Shown one piece after another: positions 1-12,320 of a DNA stretch of 25,115 bases. Every line of letters begins with the position of its first letter. Within the stretch, counting starts at the first letter, position 1. Where the stretch lies: positions 1-25,115 of the IMG/VR virus record IMGVR_UViG_2541047736_000010. One strand, written 5' to 3'. A model generated the notes under the pieces. That model did not search any database. It saw only the letters and a program-made list of their open reading frames with translations, and had not been told where the DNA came from. Source of the stretch: a virus. Taxonomy: Duplodnaviria; Heunggongvirae; Uroviricota; Caudoviricetes. The position numbers were made by a program, and so were the translations under genes.

Positions 1-84
1 GGTGGCTGACGTTCCCATGTACCCGCGTATCGTTTCATCGGCGCGGGCAATGGCAGCATCGAACAGGTTATCGAAATCAGCCAC
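1..84 (-). CDS. FII: Head-tail joining protein FII, N-terminal 28 codons only (gene runs off the left edge)
   Basis: Reverse complement of 1-84 translates to (V/M)ADFDNLFDAAIARADETIRGYMGTSAT, matching the recalled lambda gpFII N-terminus. GTG start at 82-84 preceded by GGGAGG. Sits 11 nt after the FI stop, as in lambda. Confidence 0.8.
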   Translation of the reverse strand, partial: MADFDNLFDAAIARADETIRGYMGTSAT

Positions 85-95
85 AGCGCCTCCCG

Positions 96-494
96 TTATT
101 GCATTCTGGCCAGGCCGCGCTCTGTCATTTCGGCTGCCACACCGGCAGAGACACGAAACGCCGTTCCCGGCAGCACAAATGCCACAGGTTCATCCCGCGT
201 GGCGTGAAGTGCATCAGTATGCAGCTTCACCAGTGCCACGACCGTGACCAGTTCAGCCGTATCCTGAATCACGGTATCCGGCTGCGCTGATACCACCTCA
301 TTTTCATGCCCGGTCAGCACATTTTCCCGGCTGAGAGGGGTGTCCTGACCGGCAGTTTCATCCGTGTCATCAAGCTCCTCTTCCAGCTCTGCCACACGGA
401 GCGCCAGTTCTTCTTTCGTCCCCGTCAGGCTGACATCACGGTTCAGTTGTTCACCCAGCGAGCGGAGACGGGCAATCAGTTCATCTTTCGTCAT
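96..494 (-). CDS. FI: Head assembly / DNA packaging accessory protein FI
   Basis: From the internal Met (MTKDELIARLRSLGEQ...) the track ORF 96-533 gives a 132-aa protein recognised as lambda gpFI. ATG at 492-494. Confidence 0.93.
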   Translation of the reverse strand: MTKDELIARLRSLGEQLNRDVSLTGTKEELALRVAELEEELDDTDETAGQDTPLSRENVLTGHENEVVSAQPDTVIQDTAELVTVVALVKLHTDALHATRDEPVAFVLPGTAFRVSAGVAAEMTERGLARMQ

Positions 495-535
495 GGACTC
501 CTCCACAGAGAAACAATGGCCCCGAAGGGCCATGA

Positions 536-1561
536 TTACGCCAGTTGTACGGACACGAACTCATCAGGGTCAGCCAGCAGCATCAGCGGTGCTGACTGAA
601 TCATGGTGAACTCACGCGCCGGATCGCCGGTGGTCACCCAGTTTTTCGGGTAACGGGCAGAGGCGTTAATGCCTTCGCGCTGTGCGTCCGCATCCTGAAT
701 GCAGCCATAGGTGCGCAGACCGCGTGCCTGAGTGTTCCCCAGCACCATCGTGTTGTCCGGCAGGAAGTTCTTTTTGACGCCGTTTTCCACGTACTGTCCG
801 GAATACACGACGATGGCCACATCGCCATACATCCCCTTATAGGACACCGCTTTACCCAGGTCTTTCACCGCTGTCTCCAGCTCGGAATTAGAGCCACGAC
901 GGGTATCCAGCTTCTCCTTGACGGCTTTGAAGGAACGGAACAGCGCCCAGCCTTTCGGATCGAACACGATGATATTCACCACACCGCTGGCGTTCAGCGC
1001 GTAGGCTTCGATATCGTCGGTCGGGTCATACGTGGACTTGTCACGCTTGCTCCACTCCGTGCCGCCGGACTGCGTGATGTTATTCTCCTCACTGCGGCCC
1101 ATATCCACCTCAACCGGATCGAAGGCTTCACCGGTCATGGTGTATTTGCCCTTAAGCACGGCAGAAACTGCCTGCATCTCTTCGACCTGAGCAATAGCCA
1201 GCTCTTCGTCACGCATGTTCTGCATGATGATGCGACGGCGGCGGTAAGCCGGGTCCGCCAGATTCTGCGGATCTTCATCCGGCAGGCGACGCAGGGTCAT
1301 CTGCGGATTCACTTCATGCTTCGGCTTGACATATCCCGGCGTAAATTCAGAGGTGGAGCCGCCACGGGAACGGATAACCTCACCGGAAACAATCGGCGAA
1401 ACGTACAGCGCCATGTTTACCAGTCCCGGAATTTGTGAGAGATAGACTTTCTCCGTGGTGAAGGGATAGCTCTCACGGAAAAAGAGACGCAGAAACAGCG
1501 GATCAAACTTAAATTTCTGCTCATTTGCCGCCAGCAGTTGGGCGGTTGTGTACATCGACAT
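536..1561 (-). CDS. E: Major capsid protein E
   Basis: Track ORF 536-1588 contains MSMYTTAQLLAANEQKFKFDPLFLRLFF...EFVSVQLA, recognised as lambda gpE (341 aa). True start is the ATG at 1559-1561, not the upstream in-frame Met. Confidence 0.96.
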   Translation of the reverse strand: MSMYTTAQLLAANEQKFKFDPLFLRLFFRESYPFTTEKVYLSQIPGLVNMALYVSPIVSGEVIRSRGGSTSEFTPGYVKPKHEVNPQMTLRRLPDEDPQNLADPAYRRRRIIMQNMRDEELAIAQVEEMQAVSAVLKGKYTMTGEAFDPVEVDMGRSEENNITQSGGTEWSKRDKSTYDPTDDIEAYALNASGVVNIIVFDPKGWALFRSFKAVKEKLDTRRGSNSELETAVKDLGKAVSYKGMYGDVAIVVYSGQYVENGVKKNFLPDNTMVLGNTQARGLRTYGCIQDADAQREGINASARYPKNWVTTGDPAREFTMIQSAPLMLLADPDEFVSVQLA

Positions 1562-1616
1562 AAAAAAATCCCGTAAAAAAAGCCGCACAGGCGGCCTTTA
1601 GTGATGAAGGGTAAAG

Positions 1617-1949
1617 TTAAACGATGCTGATTGCCGTTCCGGCAAACGCGGTCCGTTTTTTCGTCTCGTCGCTGGCAGCCTCCGGCCAGAGCACATCCTC
1701 ATAACGGAACGTGCCGGACTTGTAGAACGTCAGCGTGGTGCTGGTCTGGTCAGCAGCAACCGCAAGAATGCCAACGGCAGCACCGTCGGTGGTGCCATCC
1801 CACGCAACCAGCTTACGGCTGGAGGTGTCCAGCATCAGCGGGGTCATTGCAGGCGCTTTCGCACTCAATCCGCCGGGCGCGGTTGCGGTATGAGCCGGGT
1901 CACTGTTGCCCTGCGGCTGGTAATGGGTAAAGGTTTCTTTGCTCGTCAT
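1617..1949 (-). CDS. D: Head decoration protein D
   Basis: [27 protein letters not shown]...TAISIV, 110 aa, recognised as lambda gpD. Start at ATG 1947-1949 (third codon of the track ORF). Confidence 0.96.
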
Positions 1950-1958
1950 AAACATCCC

Positions 1959-2564
1959 TTACACTGGTGTGTTCAGCAAATCGTTAACGGCATCAGATGC
2001 CGGGTTACCTGCAGCCAGCGGTGCCGGTGCCCCCTGCATCAGACGATCCAGCGCAGTGTCACTGCGCGCCTGTGCACTCTGTGGTGCTGCGGCCAGAATG
2101 CGGCGGGCCGTTTCCACGGTCATACCGGGGGTTTCTGCCAGCACGCGTGCCTGTTCTTCGCGTCCGTGAGCCTCCTCACAGTTGAGGATCCCCATAATGC
2201 GGCTGTTTTCTGCCGCAACCGCTGCGGTGATCTGCGCGTTCACGTCCGGCTGCGCCGCGCTGGCGTTTTCGCCCTCCGTCGCTGGCACCACGTCAGTAAC
2301 GTCAGCCTGCGAAGCAGTGGCTGAAACAGTTGTTGATTGAGTCTCTTTGGTCATTCGCCCTCCTGAGAGACGGGATTTACGTGCATCCAGTGCATCACGC
2401 ATAACGGTGATCGCATCGGTACTGTTAACAAGTTCATCAGCCAGTCCGGCATCAATGGCCTCCTGACCGCTGTACACTGCAGCCTCGGTATCCAGCACAG
2501 CCTGCACGGACAGGCCGGTATATGCCGACACCTTCTGCGCAAACATCTGGCGGGTTGCGTCCAT
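1959..2564 (-). CDS. Nu3: Scaffolding protein Nu3, translated in frame from an internal start within C
   Basis: In-frame ATG at 2562-2564 (MDATRQMFAQ...) lies exactly 606 nt before the shared stop, matching the known lambda C/Nu3 nested arrangement. Confidence 0.75.
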   Translation of the reverse strand: MDATRQMFAQKVSAYTGLSVQAVLDTEAAVYSGQEAIDAGLADELVNSTDAITVMRDALDARKSRLSGGRMTKETQSTTVSATASQADVTDVVPATEGENASAAQPDVNAQITAAVAAENSRIMGILNCEEAHGREEQARVLAETPGMTVETARRILAAAPQSAQARSDTALDRLMQGAPAPLAAGNPASDAVNDLLNTPV

Positions 2565-3258
2565 CCGGGACTGCAGTGTCTCCCGGACGTCATCCGGAAG
2601 ATGGCTGTAGGGGTTGCCATCCACCTTATGGCTGCCGCTGTAAATCAGAGTGATTTCCACACCCTGTTTCTCCAGCGCAGCACCGTAATTACTGTGAGCC
2701 ATCATGACGCCGATGGAGCCTGTCCGGGCGGTCTGCGTGACCAGACGCCGGGAGGCGGCACTGGCAAGCAGCTGACCTGCACTGCAGTTCATGTCGTTGG
2801 CCAGCGCCCATACCGGTTTTATGTCACGCACACGGGCGATGATGTCAGCGCAGTCAAATGCCCCCGCCACCATCCCGCCGGGCGTGTCCATATCGAGCAG
2901 AATGCCGTCCACCATCGGATCGCTGGCAGCCTGTTGCAGACGGGCGATAATGCCGTTGTAACCGGTCATCCCCGAGTACGGCTGCAGCGCCCGCGTCCGG
3001 CTGACCAGCGTGCCGGACACCGGCAGCACGGCGATGCCGTTCATGACCTGATAACTGCGGGCCTGTCGTGGTCCGTCATCATCACCGGATAACGCCAGCG
3101 CCGCGGGTGCCTCTCCGGCAGTCAGGCTGTCGCCGGATACTGCATCCGTCAGGCAGCTGATCCCAAGCTGGCCTGCAAGCGCACAAAAGAAAACCCGCGC
3201 ATAGGCGGGTTCAAGCATCAGCGGCTCATTAAAAGCCATGCTGGCAATATGCGGGAGA

Positions 3259-3278
<20 letters not shown>
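1959..3278 (-). CDS. C: Head maturation protease / minor capsid protein C
   Basis: (V)TAELRNLPHIASMAFNEPLMLEPAYARVFF...NDLLNTPV recognised as lambda gpC (439 aa). The track ORF extends upstream; the annotated start is the Val/GTG codon at 3276-3278, giving the lambda length of 1320 nt. Confidence 0.9.
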
Positions 3279-6959
<3,681 letters not shown>

Positions 6960-6985
<26 letters not shown>

Positions 6986-7505
6986 TCAGCAACCCCGGTA
7001 TCAGTTCATCCAGCGCGGCTGCTTTGTTCATGGCTTTGATGATATCCCGTTTCAGGAAATCAACATGTCGGTTTTCCAGTTCCGGAAAACGCCGCTGCAC
7101 CGACAGGGGGAGCCCGTCGAGAATACTGGCAATTTCACCTGCGATCCGCGACAACACGAAAGTACAGAATGCGGTTTCCACCACTTCAGCGGAGTCTCTG
7201 GCATTCTTCAGTTCCTGTGCGTCGGCCTGCGCACGCGTAAGTCGATGGCGTTCGTACTCAATAGTTCCTGGCTGGAGATCTGCCTCGCTGGCCTGCCGCA
7301 GTTCTTCAACCTCCCGGCGCAGCTTTTCGTTCTCAATTTCAGCATCCCTTTCGGCATACCATTTTATGACGGCGGCAGAGTCATAAAGCACCTCATTACC
7401 CTTGCCACCGCCTCGCAGAACGGGCATTCCCTGTTCCTGCCAGTTCTGAATGGTACGGATACTCGCACCGAAAATGTCAGCCAGCTGCTTTTTGTTGACT
7501 TCCAT
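6960..7505 (-). CDS. Nu1: Terminase small subunit Nu1
   Basis: 181-aa ORF MEVNKKQLADIFGASIRTIQNWQEQGMPVLRGGGKGNEVLYDSAAVIKWYAERD... recognised as lambda gpNu1. Its 3' end overlaps the A start. Confidence 0.96.
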
Positions 7506-7730
7506 TGTTCATTCCACGGCCAAAAACAGAGAAAGGAAACGACAAAGGCCCAAAAGTTCGTTTTCAGCACCTGTCGTTTCCTTTCTTTTCAGGGGGTATT
7601 TTAAATAAAAACATTAAGTTACGACGAAGAAGAACGGAAACGCCTTAAACCGGAAAATTTTCATAAATAGCGAAAACCCGCGAGGTCGCCGCCCCGTAAC
7701 CTGTCGGATCGCCGGAAAGGACCCGCAAAA
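7506..7730. other. cos packaging site (cosB next to Nu1, cosN, cosQ side)
   Basis: Reverse complement of the recalled lambda left-end sequence runs from the Nu1 start to the 12-mer aggtcgccgccc at 7683-7694 (lambda cohesive end GGGCGGCGACCT). It is followed by cgtaacctgtcggatc..., which matches the recalled lambda right end with a few substitutions. Position immediately upstream of Nu1 is as expected. Confidence 0.85.
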
Positions 7731-7893
7731 TGATAATAATTATCATCTGCATGTCACAACGTGCATCTACGCCATCAAACCACGTCAAATAATCAATTAT
7801 GACGCAGGTATCGTATTAATTGATCTGCATCAACTTAACGTAAAAACAACTTCAGACAATACAAATCAGCGACACTGAATACAGGGCAACCTC

Positions 7894-8127
7894 ATGTCAA
7901 CGAAGAACAGAACCCGCAGAACAACAACCCGCAACATCCGCTTTCCTAACCAAATGATTGAACAAATTAACATCGCTCTTGTTCAAAAAGGGTCCGGGAA
8001 TTTCTCAGCCTGGGTCATTGAAGCCTGCCGCCGGAGACTGTGCTCAGAAAAAAGAGTTTCGCCTGAAGCAAACAAAGAAAAGAGTGACATTACTGAATTG
8101 CTCAGAAAACAGGTTAGACCAGATTGA
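7894..8127 (+). CDS. Small basic protein homologous to the lambda right-end ORF; possible ribbon-helix-helix DNA binder
   Basis: MSTKNRTRRTTTRNIRFPNQMIEQINIALVQKGSGNFSAWVIEACRRRL... I recall a near-identical small ORF near the right end of lambda. Fold assignment is inference from the basic N-terminus plus a short beta-strand/helix pattern. Confidence 0.5.
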   Translation: MSTKNRTRRTTTRNIRFPNQMIEQINIALVQKGSGNFSAWVIEACRRRLCSEKRVSPEANKEKSDITELLRKQVRPD

Positions 8128-8184
8128 AGCAATTTAGATAATCGTGCAGACTACGCCCCCTCATATCACATGGAAGGTACTACA

Positions 8185-8595
8185 ATGGCTCAGGTTGCCA
8201 TTTTTAAACAAATATTCGATAAAGTGCGAAATAATTTAAACTATCACTGGTTTTATTCTGAACTAAAACGTCACAATGTCTCACATTACATTTACTATTT
8301 AGCCACAGAGAATATTCATCTTGTTCTTGAAAACGATAATACGGTTTTAATAAAAGGGCAGGGTAAGGTTGTAAATGTAAGATTTTCAAAAAATAAATGC
8401 CTTATAGAAGCCACCTTAAAAGGATTCAAATCAGGAGAGTTATCATTTTACGAATACAGGAAAAATCTTGCTACAGCAGGGGTTTTCAGATGGATTACAA
8501 ATATCCACGAAAACAAAAGGTATTACTATACCTTTGATAATTCATTACTCTTTACTGAGAACATTCAGAACACTACACAAATATTTCCGCACTAA
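8185..8595 (+). CDS. ybcV: YbcV-like prophage protein (DUF1398)
   Basis: [58 protein letters not shown]...[23 protein letters not shown] resembles recalled E. coli DLP12 YbcV. Start placed at the internal ATG 8185, which gives 136 aa and has GGAAGG 7 nt upstream. Gene is visibly AT-rich. Confidence 0.7.
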   Translation: MAQVAIFKQIFDKVRNNLNYHWFYSELKRHNVSHYIYYLATENIHLVLENDNTVLIKGQGKVVNVRFSKNKCLIEATLKGFKSGELSFYEYRKNLATAGVFRWITNIHENKRYYYTFDNSLLFTENIQNTTQIFPH

Positions 8596-9183
8596 ATCAT
8601 AACGTCCGGTTTCTTCCGTGCCAGAACCGGACTCGCTGGCATGATGAAATATGTGTACCCGGTAACCCCGGTGTGCATCGTTTTTGATTATTCCCGCACA
8701 CTCGCGCAGAAGGAGTTCCCCGTCGGGCTACGGTCTCTGTTAATACGGGAATACGGCGACGATACAGCGCATGATGTGTCAGGCTTGAATACCTTTATCC
8801 TTTAAAAGGGATATCAGTTAAGTTATCCCGTGTAGGGTATAAGCCATTATCAAAGCCACTCTGTAGGGAATGGCTTTTGTGATGGCATCACTTACTCTTT
8901 ACGCTGCTATCCCACTCATCCCGGAATTTTGATGGGTTATTGAAACCTTCTGCTGACATAACAACTCCTTCAATGTTTGGCTGAAATTAGGATGTCTTTC
9001 CATCAGTCCGCCACCACAAAGAATCTTTTTTGCCATAAGGCAGGAGGTTCATCTTTCAGTGGCTGCCGGTGTTATTTCCCCACTTACTGGCTTAGGTTGT
9101 TTCGTGGTACTGCCGTTAACTGGTGGCCCAGAATAAATTCCGGTTTCATTATCAAGCCCACCCGTAAATGGGCTTTGTAATGG

Positions 9184-9453
9184 CTACTTCACTTTTGCTT
9201 TTGCTTTTGCTTCCGCTCGCTTACGCCGGCGCTCTTCTTTCCTCTCGGCTTTTGCCATGTCCATGAATGCCTGCATGATCGAGTTCCGCATCATGTAGCT
9301 AACAAAGTGATGATTGACACAGCCGTTGAGGCGCAGCTGCTCGCCAAACTCATCCACCGAGGCCAATGCTTCCATCATGCCCTTCTCGCCTTTCATGAAC
9401 TCTGAGAAGTCGCGCCCCGCTCTGGAGGCGCATTCAATAACACGATCACTCAT
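9184..9453 (-). CDS. Hypothetical protein with a highly charged KAERKEERRRKRAEAKAKAK C-terminal tail
   Basis: 89-aa ORF whose ATG (9451-9453) overlaps the stop of the upstream KilA-N gene, suggesting translational coupling. No family recognised. Confidence 0.45.
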   Translation of the reverse strand: MSDRVIECASRAGRDFSEFMKGEKGMMEALASVDEFGEQLRLNGCVNHHFVSYMMRNSIMQAFMDMAKAERKEERRRKRAEAKAKAKVK

Positions 9454-9947
9454 CCCGGAAGCCCGGGGATCGTAATCTGCAGCTGGTTAGCCAGGGAGTT
9501 AATCTCAGCGACCAACACAGGCTTCGTATAGCGCCATGCTGCCAGCCCTTGTCCGCAGAAGCTCGCCATGTCTTTCTTCTGGTCAAACTCATGACATTTC
9601 ATGTTGAGCTGCGCACTTAAGCTGTTGCGATGCTGAAGTTCTCCGGTGAAGTAGTCATCGAGGACTTTATAGGCCGCGTACTTGAACCCGGGGTTTAACC
9701 AAGCCGCATAATCGTAAGCAACAAACTTCCCGCCATATGTTCCACCGTGTACACCGCGCTCAGTAAAAACCACAGATTCGTGGTTTTTCTCCAGCTCGGC
9801 TAAGAACTCTTTGGTCTGCTTGTTTCGCAGGTAGTGGTAAGGCGATTCAGATTCACTTTTACCACTGGCTTTCCACATATCAGTGAGGCAGATCATGCCA
9901 TCTTCACCGATACGAATTGGTTGATTGAAGAGGGTTAATGATTTCAT
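9450..9947 (-). CDS. KilA-N domain protein
   Basis: N-terminal pattern IRIGEDGMICLTDMWKASGKSESESPYHYLRNKQTKEFLAEL fits the KilA-N/APSES-like signature, and parallels the second KilA-N protein at 15110-15907 (IDGIEVRRDAYGRYSLNDLHRAAG...KPAFWLRNEQTERLISEL). Confidence 0.6.
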   Translation of the reverse strand: MKSLTLFNQPIRIGEDGMICLTDMWKASGKSESESPYHYLRNKQTKEFLAELEKNHESVVFTERGVHGGTYGGKFVAYDYAAWLNPGFKYAAYKVLDDYFTGELQHRNSLSAQLNMKCHEFDQKKDMASFCGQGLAAWRYTKPVLVAEINSLANQLQITIPGLPG

Positions 9948-10062
9948 AGCGTGTACCTACTCTTTGAAATGAACCTTTGCCGCACAGGAAACCAGCCCAC
10001 CGAGGCTCGCCAGCACTAACTGGTATCCTCAAAGGCCCATTCCAAAGGGGCAGGTTCGGTGT

Positions 10063-10087
10063 AAAAAACATGCGTTGCGGTACGCAT
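10063..10087 (-). terminator. Candidate intrinsic terminator after the lysis cassette
   Basis: Inverted repeat atgcgt/acgcat (10070-10075 / 10082-10087) with a 6-nt loop. On the minus strand the hairpin is followed by a T-run (plus-strand aaaaaac at 10063-10069). About 60 bp downstream of the Rz stop. Confidence 0.35.
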
Positions 10088-10148
10088 TTATTGCAAAAAG
10101 CCCCGCATCGCGAGGCTCATTAAATGGACTTTGTGATTTGCAAAAAAA

Positions 10149-10622
10149 TTATTTCAGGCATTGCGTCCTGATGTATTCCTGCAGGTAGTTAACCTGCGCG
10201 GTTATCTTGTCGATTCCACTTCGGAGACGGTAATAATTGAGTTCAGCATCTGCTGTAAGTCTTGGGCTTTCTCCATCGCCCATGCTGCTGGCTCCGGTCG
10301 TTGACTTTGCACAGGTGGCGGCGACTTGCAGGCGCTTACGCCCAGCAGAAACATCAGCACGGAGACTTTCGATAGTCGCGTTAGCATCAGCAAGCTCCTT
10401 TGTGTATCTTGCGTCGAGTTCTGCTACATCACGTTGACGCTTCCGCATGTCAGCGATGGTGGCGTTCGCCTTCTCCAGTTCACTGGCCTTGTTATCGCGC
10501 TGCTCTTTGTAGGCGATTGCGTTATCACGGTAATGATTAACAGCCCATGACAGGCAGACGATGATGCAGATAACCAGAGCATAAATAATCGCGGCGACTC
10601 TGCTCACTGATCTATCCCCCAA
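10149..10622 (-). CDS. Spanin inner-membrane subunit (Rz-like i-spanin)
   Basis: 157 aa with an N-terminal TM segment ([18 protein letters not shown]) and a coiled-coil-like charged periplasmic domain. Lies directly downstream of the endolysin and contains an embedded +1-frame lipoprotein ORF. Confidence 0.8.
   Translation of the reverse strand: MGDRSVSRVAAIIYALVICIIVCLSWAVNHYRDNAIAYKEQRDNKASELEKANATIADMRKRQRDVAELDARYTKELADANATIESLRADVSAGRKRLQVAATCAKSTTGASSMGDGESPRLTADAELNYYRLRSGIDKITAQVNYLQEYIRTQCLK
10202..10393 (-). CDS. Spanin outer-membrane lipoprotein subunit (Rz1-like o-spanin), embedded in Rz
   Basis: 63-aa ORF in an alternate frame inside Rz. Signal peptide with lipobox LLGVSAC, followed by a proline-rich segment ([13 protein letters not shown]), typical of Rz1. 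Confidence 0.7.
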   Translation of the reverse strand: MLMLTRLSKVSVLMFLLGVSACKSPPPVQSQRPEPAAWAMEKAQDLQQMLNSIITVSEVESTR

Positions 10623-11137
10623 CAGGCTAATGCGCTTTCCTGGTCACGACGAATAACCTGTCCATAGCAGTTATTTGAACGTATGCGGCAATCGCGCCCA
10701 CCATCTTTTATCCACCAGCGAATCGCCTCGCATGCACCTTTACGATCACCGGCATTCAGCCGCTTATAAAACGTCGACGGGAAACACTTACCGGGGCCAA
10801 TGTTATAGGGACAAAATGACGCGATACCCGCTTTCTGTGGTTCGGTCAGTGGCACTTTAATATTGCGCTCCACCCATGCCAGCGCCTTATCCCGTTCAAT
10901 GGCGTTAACCTGGTCGCATTTTTCCTTCGACAGTTTCATACCGGGAAAAACGGGTTTTCCATCCACCACCGTGGCACCCCGACAGATGGTCCAGATGCCG
11001 GAACCATCGCGGTATGCCGTTGTGTGGTTACCTTCTTTTTCATCCAGAAACTGGTCGAGAATATCAGGCGCAGGCGCACCGACGGCAATCAGTGCCAGAA
11101 CGGCAGCCGACAGGCCGTATCTGATTTTTGCGTTCAT
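10604..11137 (-). CDS. SAR endolysin (phage lysozyme with N-terminal signal-anchor-release domain)
   Basis: N-terminal weakly hydrophobic Gly/Ala-rich segment ([16 protein letters not shown]) followed by a lysozyme-like motif ([22 protein letters not shown]). Paired with a class II holin upstream. Confidence 0.85.
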   Translation of the reverse strand: MNAKIRYGLSAAVLALIAVGAPAPDILDQFLDEKEGNHTTAYRDGSGIWTICRGATVVDGKPVFPGMKLSKEKCDQVNAIERDKALAWVERNIKVPLTEPQKAGIASFCPYNIGPGKCFPSTFYKRLNAGDRKGACEAIRWWIKDGGRDCRIRSNNCYGQVIRRDQESALACWGIDQ

Positions 11138-11242
11138 GGATATTTATCAGGATTTATCGGTTTCTGAACCCTGGATATGTTTATCTGTCCCGGCCTGTTG
11201 AATCAGGCAAGGAATAGTTAAATACAATAGAGAGGATTGTTT

Positions 11243-11515
11243 ATGGACAATAGCACCATTTCTCTACAGGAGTTGCTCGACTGCATTTCCAGGCTTCGGG
11301 ATGATGTAAATGCCCTTACTGTCGCATTTTCATATCTGGCATTCTCAATTCCCAAGGAACAAATGCAACCAACACTGGCATCGCTCCAGCTTGAATCACT
11401 CAACCCCAAATGGTCCCAGCAACAACAAAATTCTTTCAAGTGGCTGGCGGTATTACTGGAAGAAAAATATGCTGGTGAAATTACCATTTCGGCGGAGTCT
11501 TCAGAGAACCAGTAA
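11243..11515 (+). CDS. Candidate small ORF (90 aa) antisense to the lysis operon
   Basis: ATG at 11243 preceded by AGAGAGGA with 6-nt spacing. Lies in a 343-bp gap between the endolysin start and the upstream gene and overlaps that gene's 3' end by 35 nt. Protein-likeness not verified. Confidence 0.3.
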   Translation: MDNSTISLQELLDCISRLRDDVNALTVAFSYLAFSIPKEQMQPTLASLQLESLNPKWSQQQQNSFKWLAVLLEEKYAGEITISAESSENQ

Positions 11516-11825
11516 TTCTTCCCGGTAGCTTTCCTTTGTAGGTTATCCACACATTCTGCGCCTCTAAAATTATGGGGCGCTTTTCCGGCGACAGCTCATC
11601 CCCTTCACATAACCCGGCAGCAACATCCAGGAAGACCTGTCTGATGCTCCTTCTGGCTGCTGCCTCATAAAACTCCAGCGCGGCACCTTCAACACGGTCC
11701 AGCGAGATGTCCAGGTCAAAAATTTCACCGTCAAAGCGTTTTTTGTCCCGTAACGCTAAAGTTACCGTAACTTTATTCTCAAAATTGCGGATCCCTTTCA
11801 CAATCAGTTCATAGTTTTGAGTCAT
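11481..11825 (-). CDS. Hypothetical protein between holin and endolysin (same position as YdfR in the Qin prophage)
   Basis: 114-aa ORF MTQNYELIVKGIRNFENKVTVTLALRDKKRFDGEIFDLDISL... starting 5 nt after the holin stop. Family not recognised with certainty. Confidence 0.55.
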   Translation of the reverse strand: MTQNYELIVKGIRNFENKVTVTLALRDKKRFDGEIFDLDISLDRVEGAALEFYEAAARRSIRQVFLDVAAGLCEGDELSPEKRPIILEAQNVWITYKGKLPGRITGSLKTPPKW

Positions 11826-11829
11826 TGAA

Positions 11830-12045
11830 TTACTCTCCCCGTGCAGCCTTACGCTTGTCTTCTTTAATCTTGAAATAAAGGTTTGTCAGGTACGTCAGCA
11901 GGCCAAATACCAGGCTACCCAGCACTCCAATTGCCGCCCACTGTGAGGGCGTGACTTTATCTAGCAGCTGTAAAAACCAGTACCCGGCACTACCTGCTGA
12001 GGTGCCATAGGCGACACCCGTTGTTAACTTATCCATGGATTTCAT
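11830..12045 (-). CDS. Class II holin (S21/EssD-type pinholin)
   Basis: 71-aa [71 protein letters not shown], near-identical to the recalled DLP12 EssD / phage 21 S holin. Has the Met1/Met4 dual-start motif, two TM segments and a charged C-terminus. Confidence 0.9.
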
Positions 12046-12150
12046 AACCCCACCTCGCAGACAAAGCGGGTGTAAATTGAGGGAATACTACGAAACGTAA
12101 CAGACTCGGAGTCAGTGAATAACTCAGGTATTGGGTTATCAGCTAATATC

Positions 12151-12190
12151 GAGACTCAAAAAATGGAAAAACCCGCTCGACGGCGGGTTT
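12151..12190 (-). terminator. Intrinsic terminator upstream of the holin (candidate tR'-like late terminator)
   Basis: 8-bp stem aaacccgc/gcgggttt (12169-12176 / 12183-12190) with loop tcgacg. On the minus strand it is followed by tttttccatttttt. About 125 bp upstream of the holin start in the late direction. Confidence 0.5.
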
Positions 12191-12320
12191 AAGCTGTGTG
12201 ACGAAGTAACCACTCTTAACAGATTAAGATAAAATTTGCGGACCGCGGTAATTTTTTTTGCTAAATTAAAGCCATATAAAAAAAGATCCATAAGAAATTA
12301 TTAGTATACTAAGGTTTAAC

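Noticed and set aside
2-609. Plus-strand track ORFs at the left edge (2-247, 99-290, 306-599, 364-609)
   Set aside because: They lie antisense to FII/FI, whose minus-strand products I recognise as lambda proteins. Their translations are low-complexity (Ser/Arg runs) and look like shadow ORFs.
1631-3092. Plus-strand ORFs antisense to D and C (1631-1930, 1890-2324, 1939-2169, 1997-2185, 2601-3092)
   Set aside because: Arg/Cys/His-rich translations typical of antisense frames in GC-rich coding DNA. The region is fully explained by D and C/Nu3.
8977-9180. 67-aa plus-strand ORF in the non-coding stretch near the KilA-N operon
   Set aside because: No ribosome-binding site, and a Cys/Trp/Phe-rich translation that does not look protein-like. 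Treated as non-coding.
8596-9183. tRNA gene in the non-coding stretch
   Set aside because: No acceptor-stem/T-arm arrangement or GTTCGA-like T-loop could be found by eye. Only isolated hairpins are present.
11218-11550. 110-aa minus-strand ORF overlapping the lysis-cassette gap
   Set aside because: Cys/Ser-rich, implausible translation that overlaps the better-supported 114-aa gene. The plus-strand 90-aa ORF with a ribosome-binding site is the more plausible coding frame here, if any.
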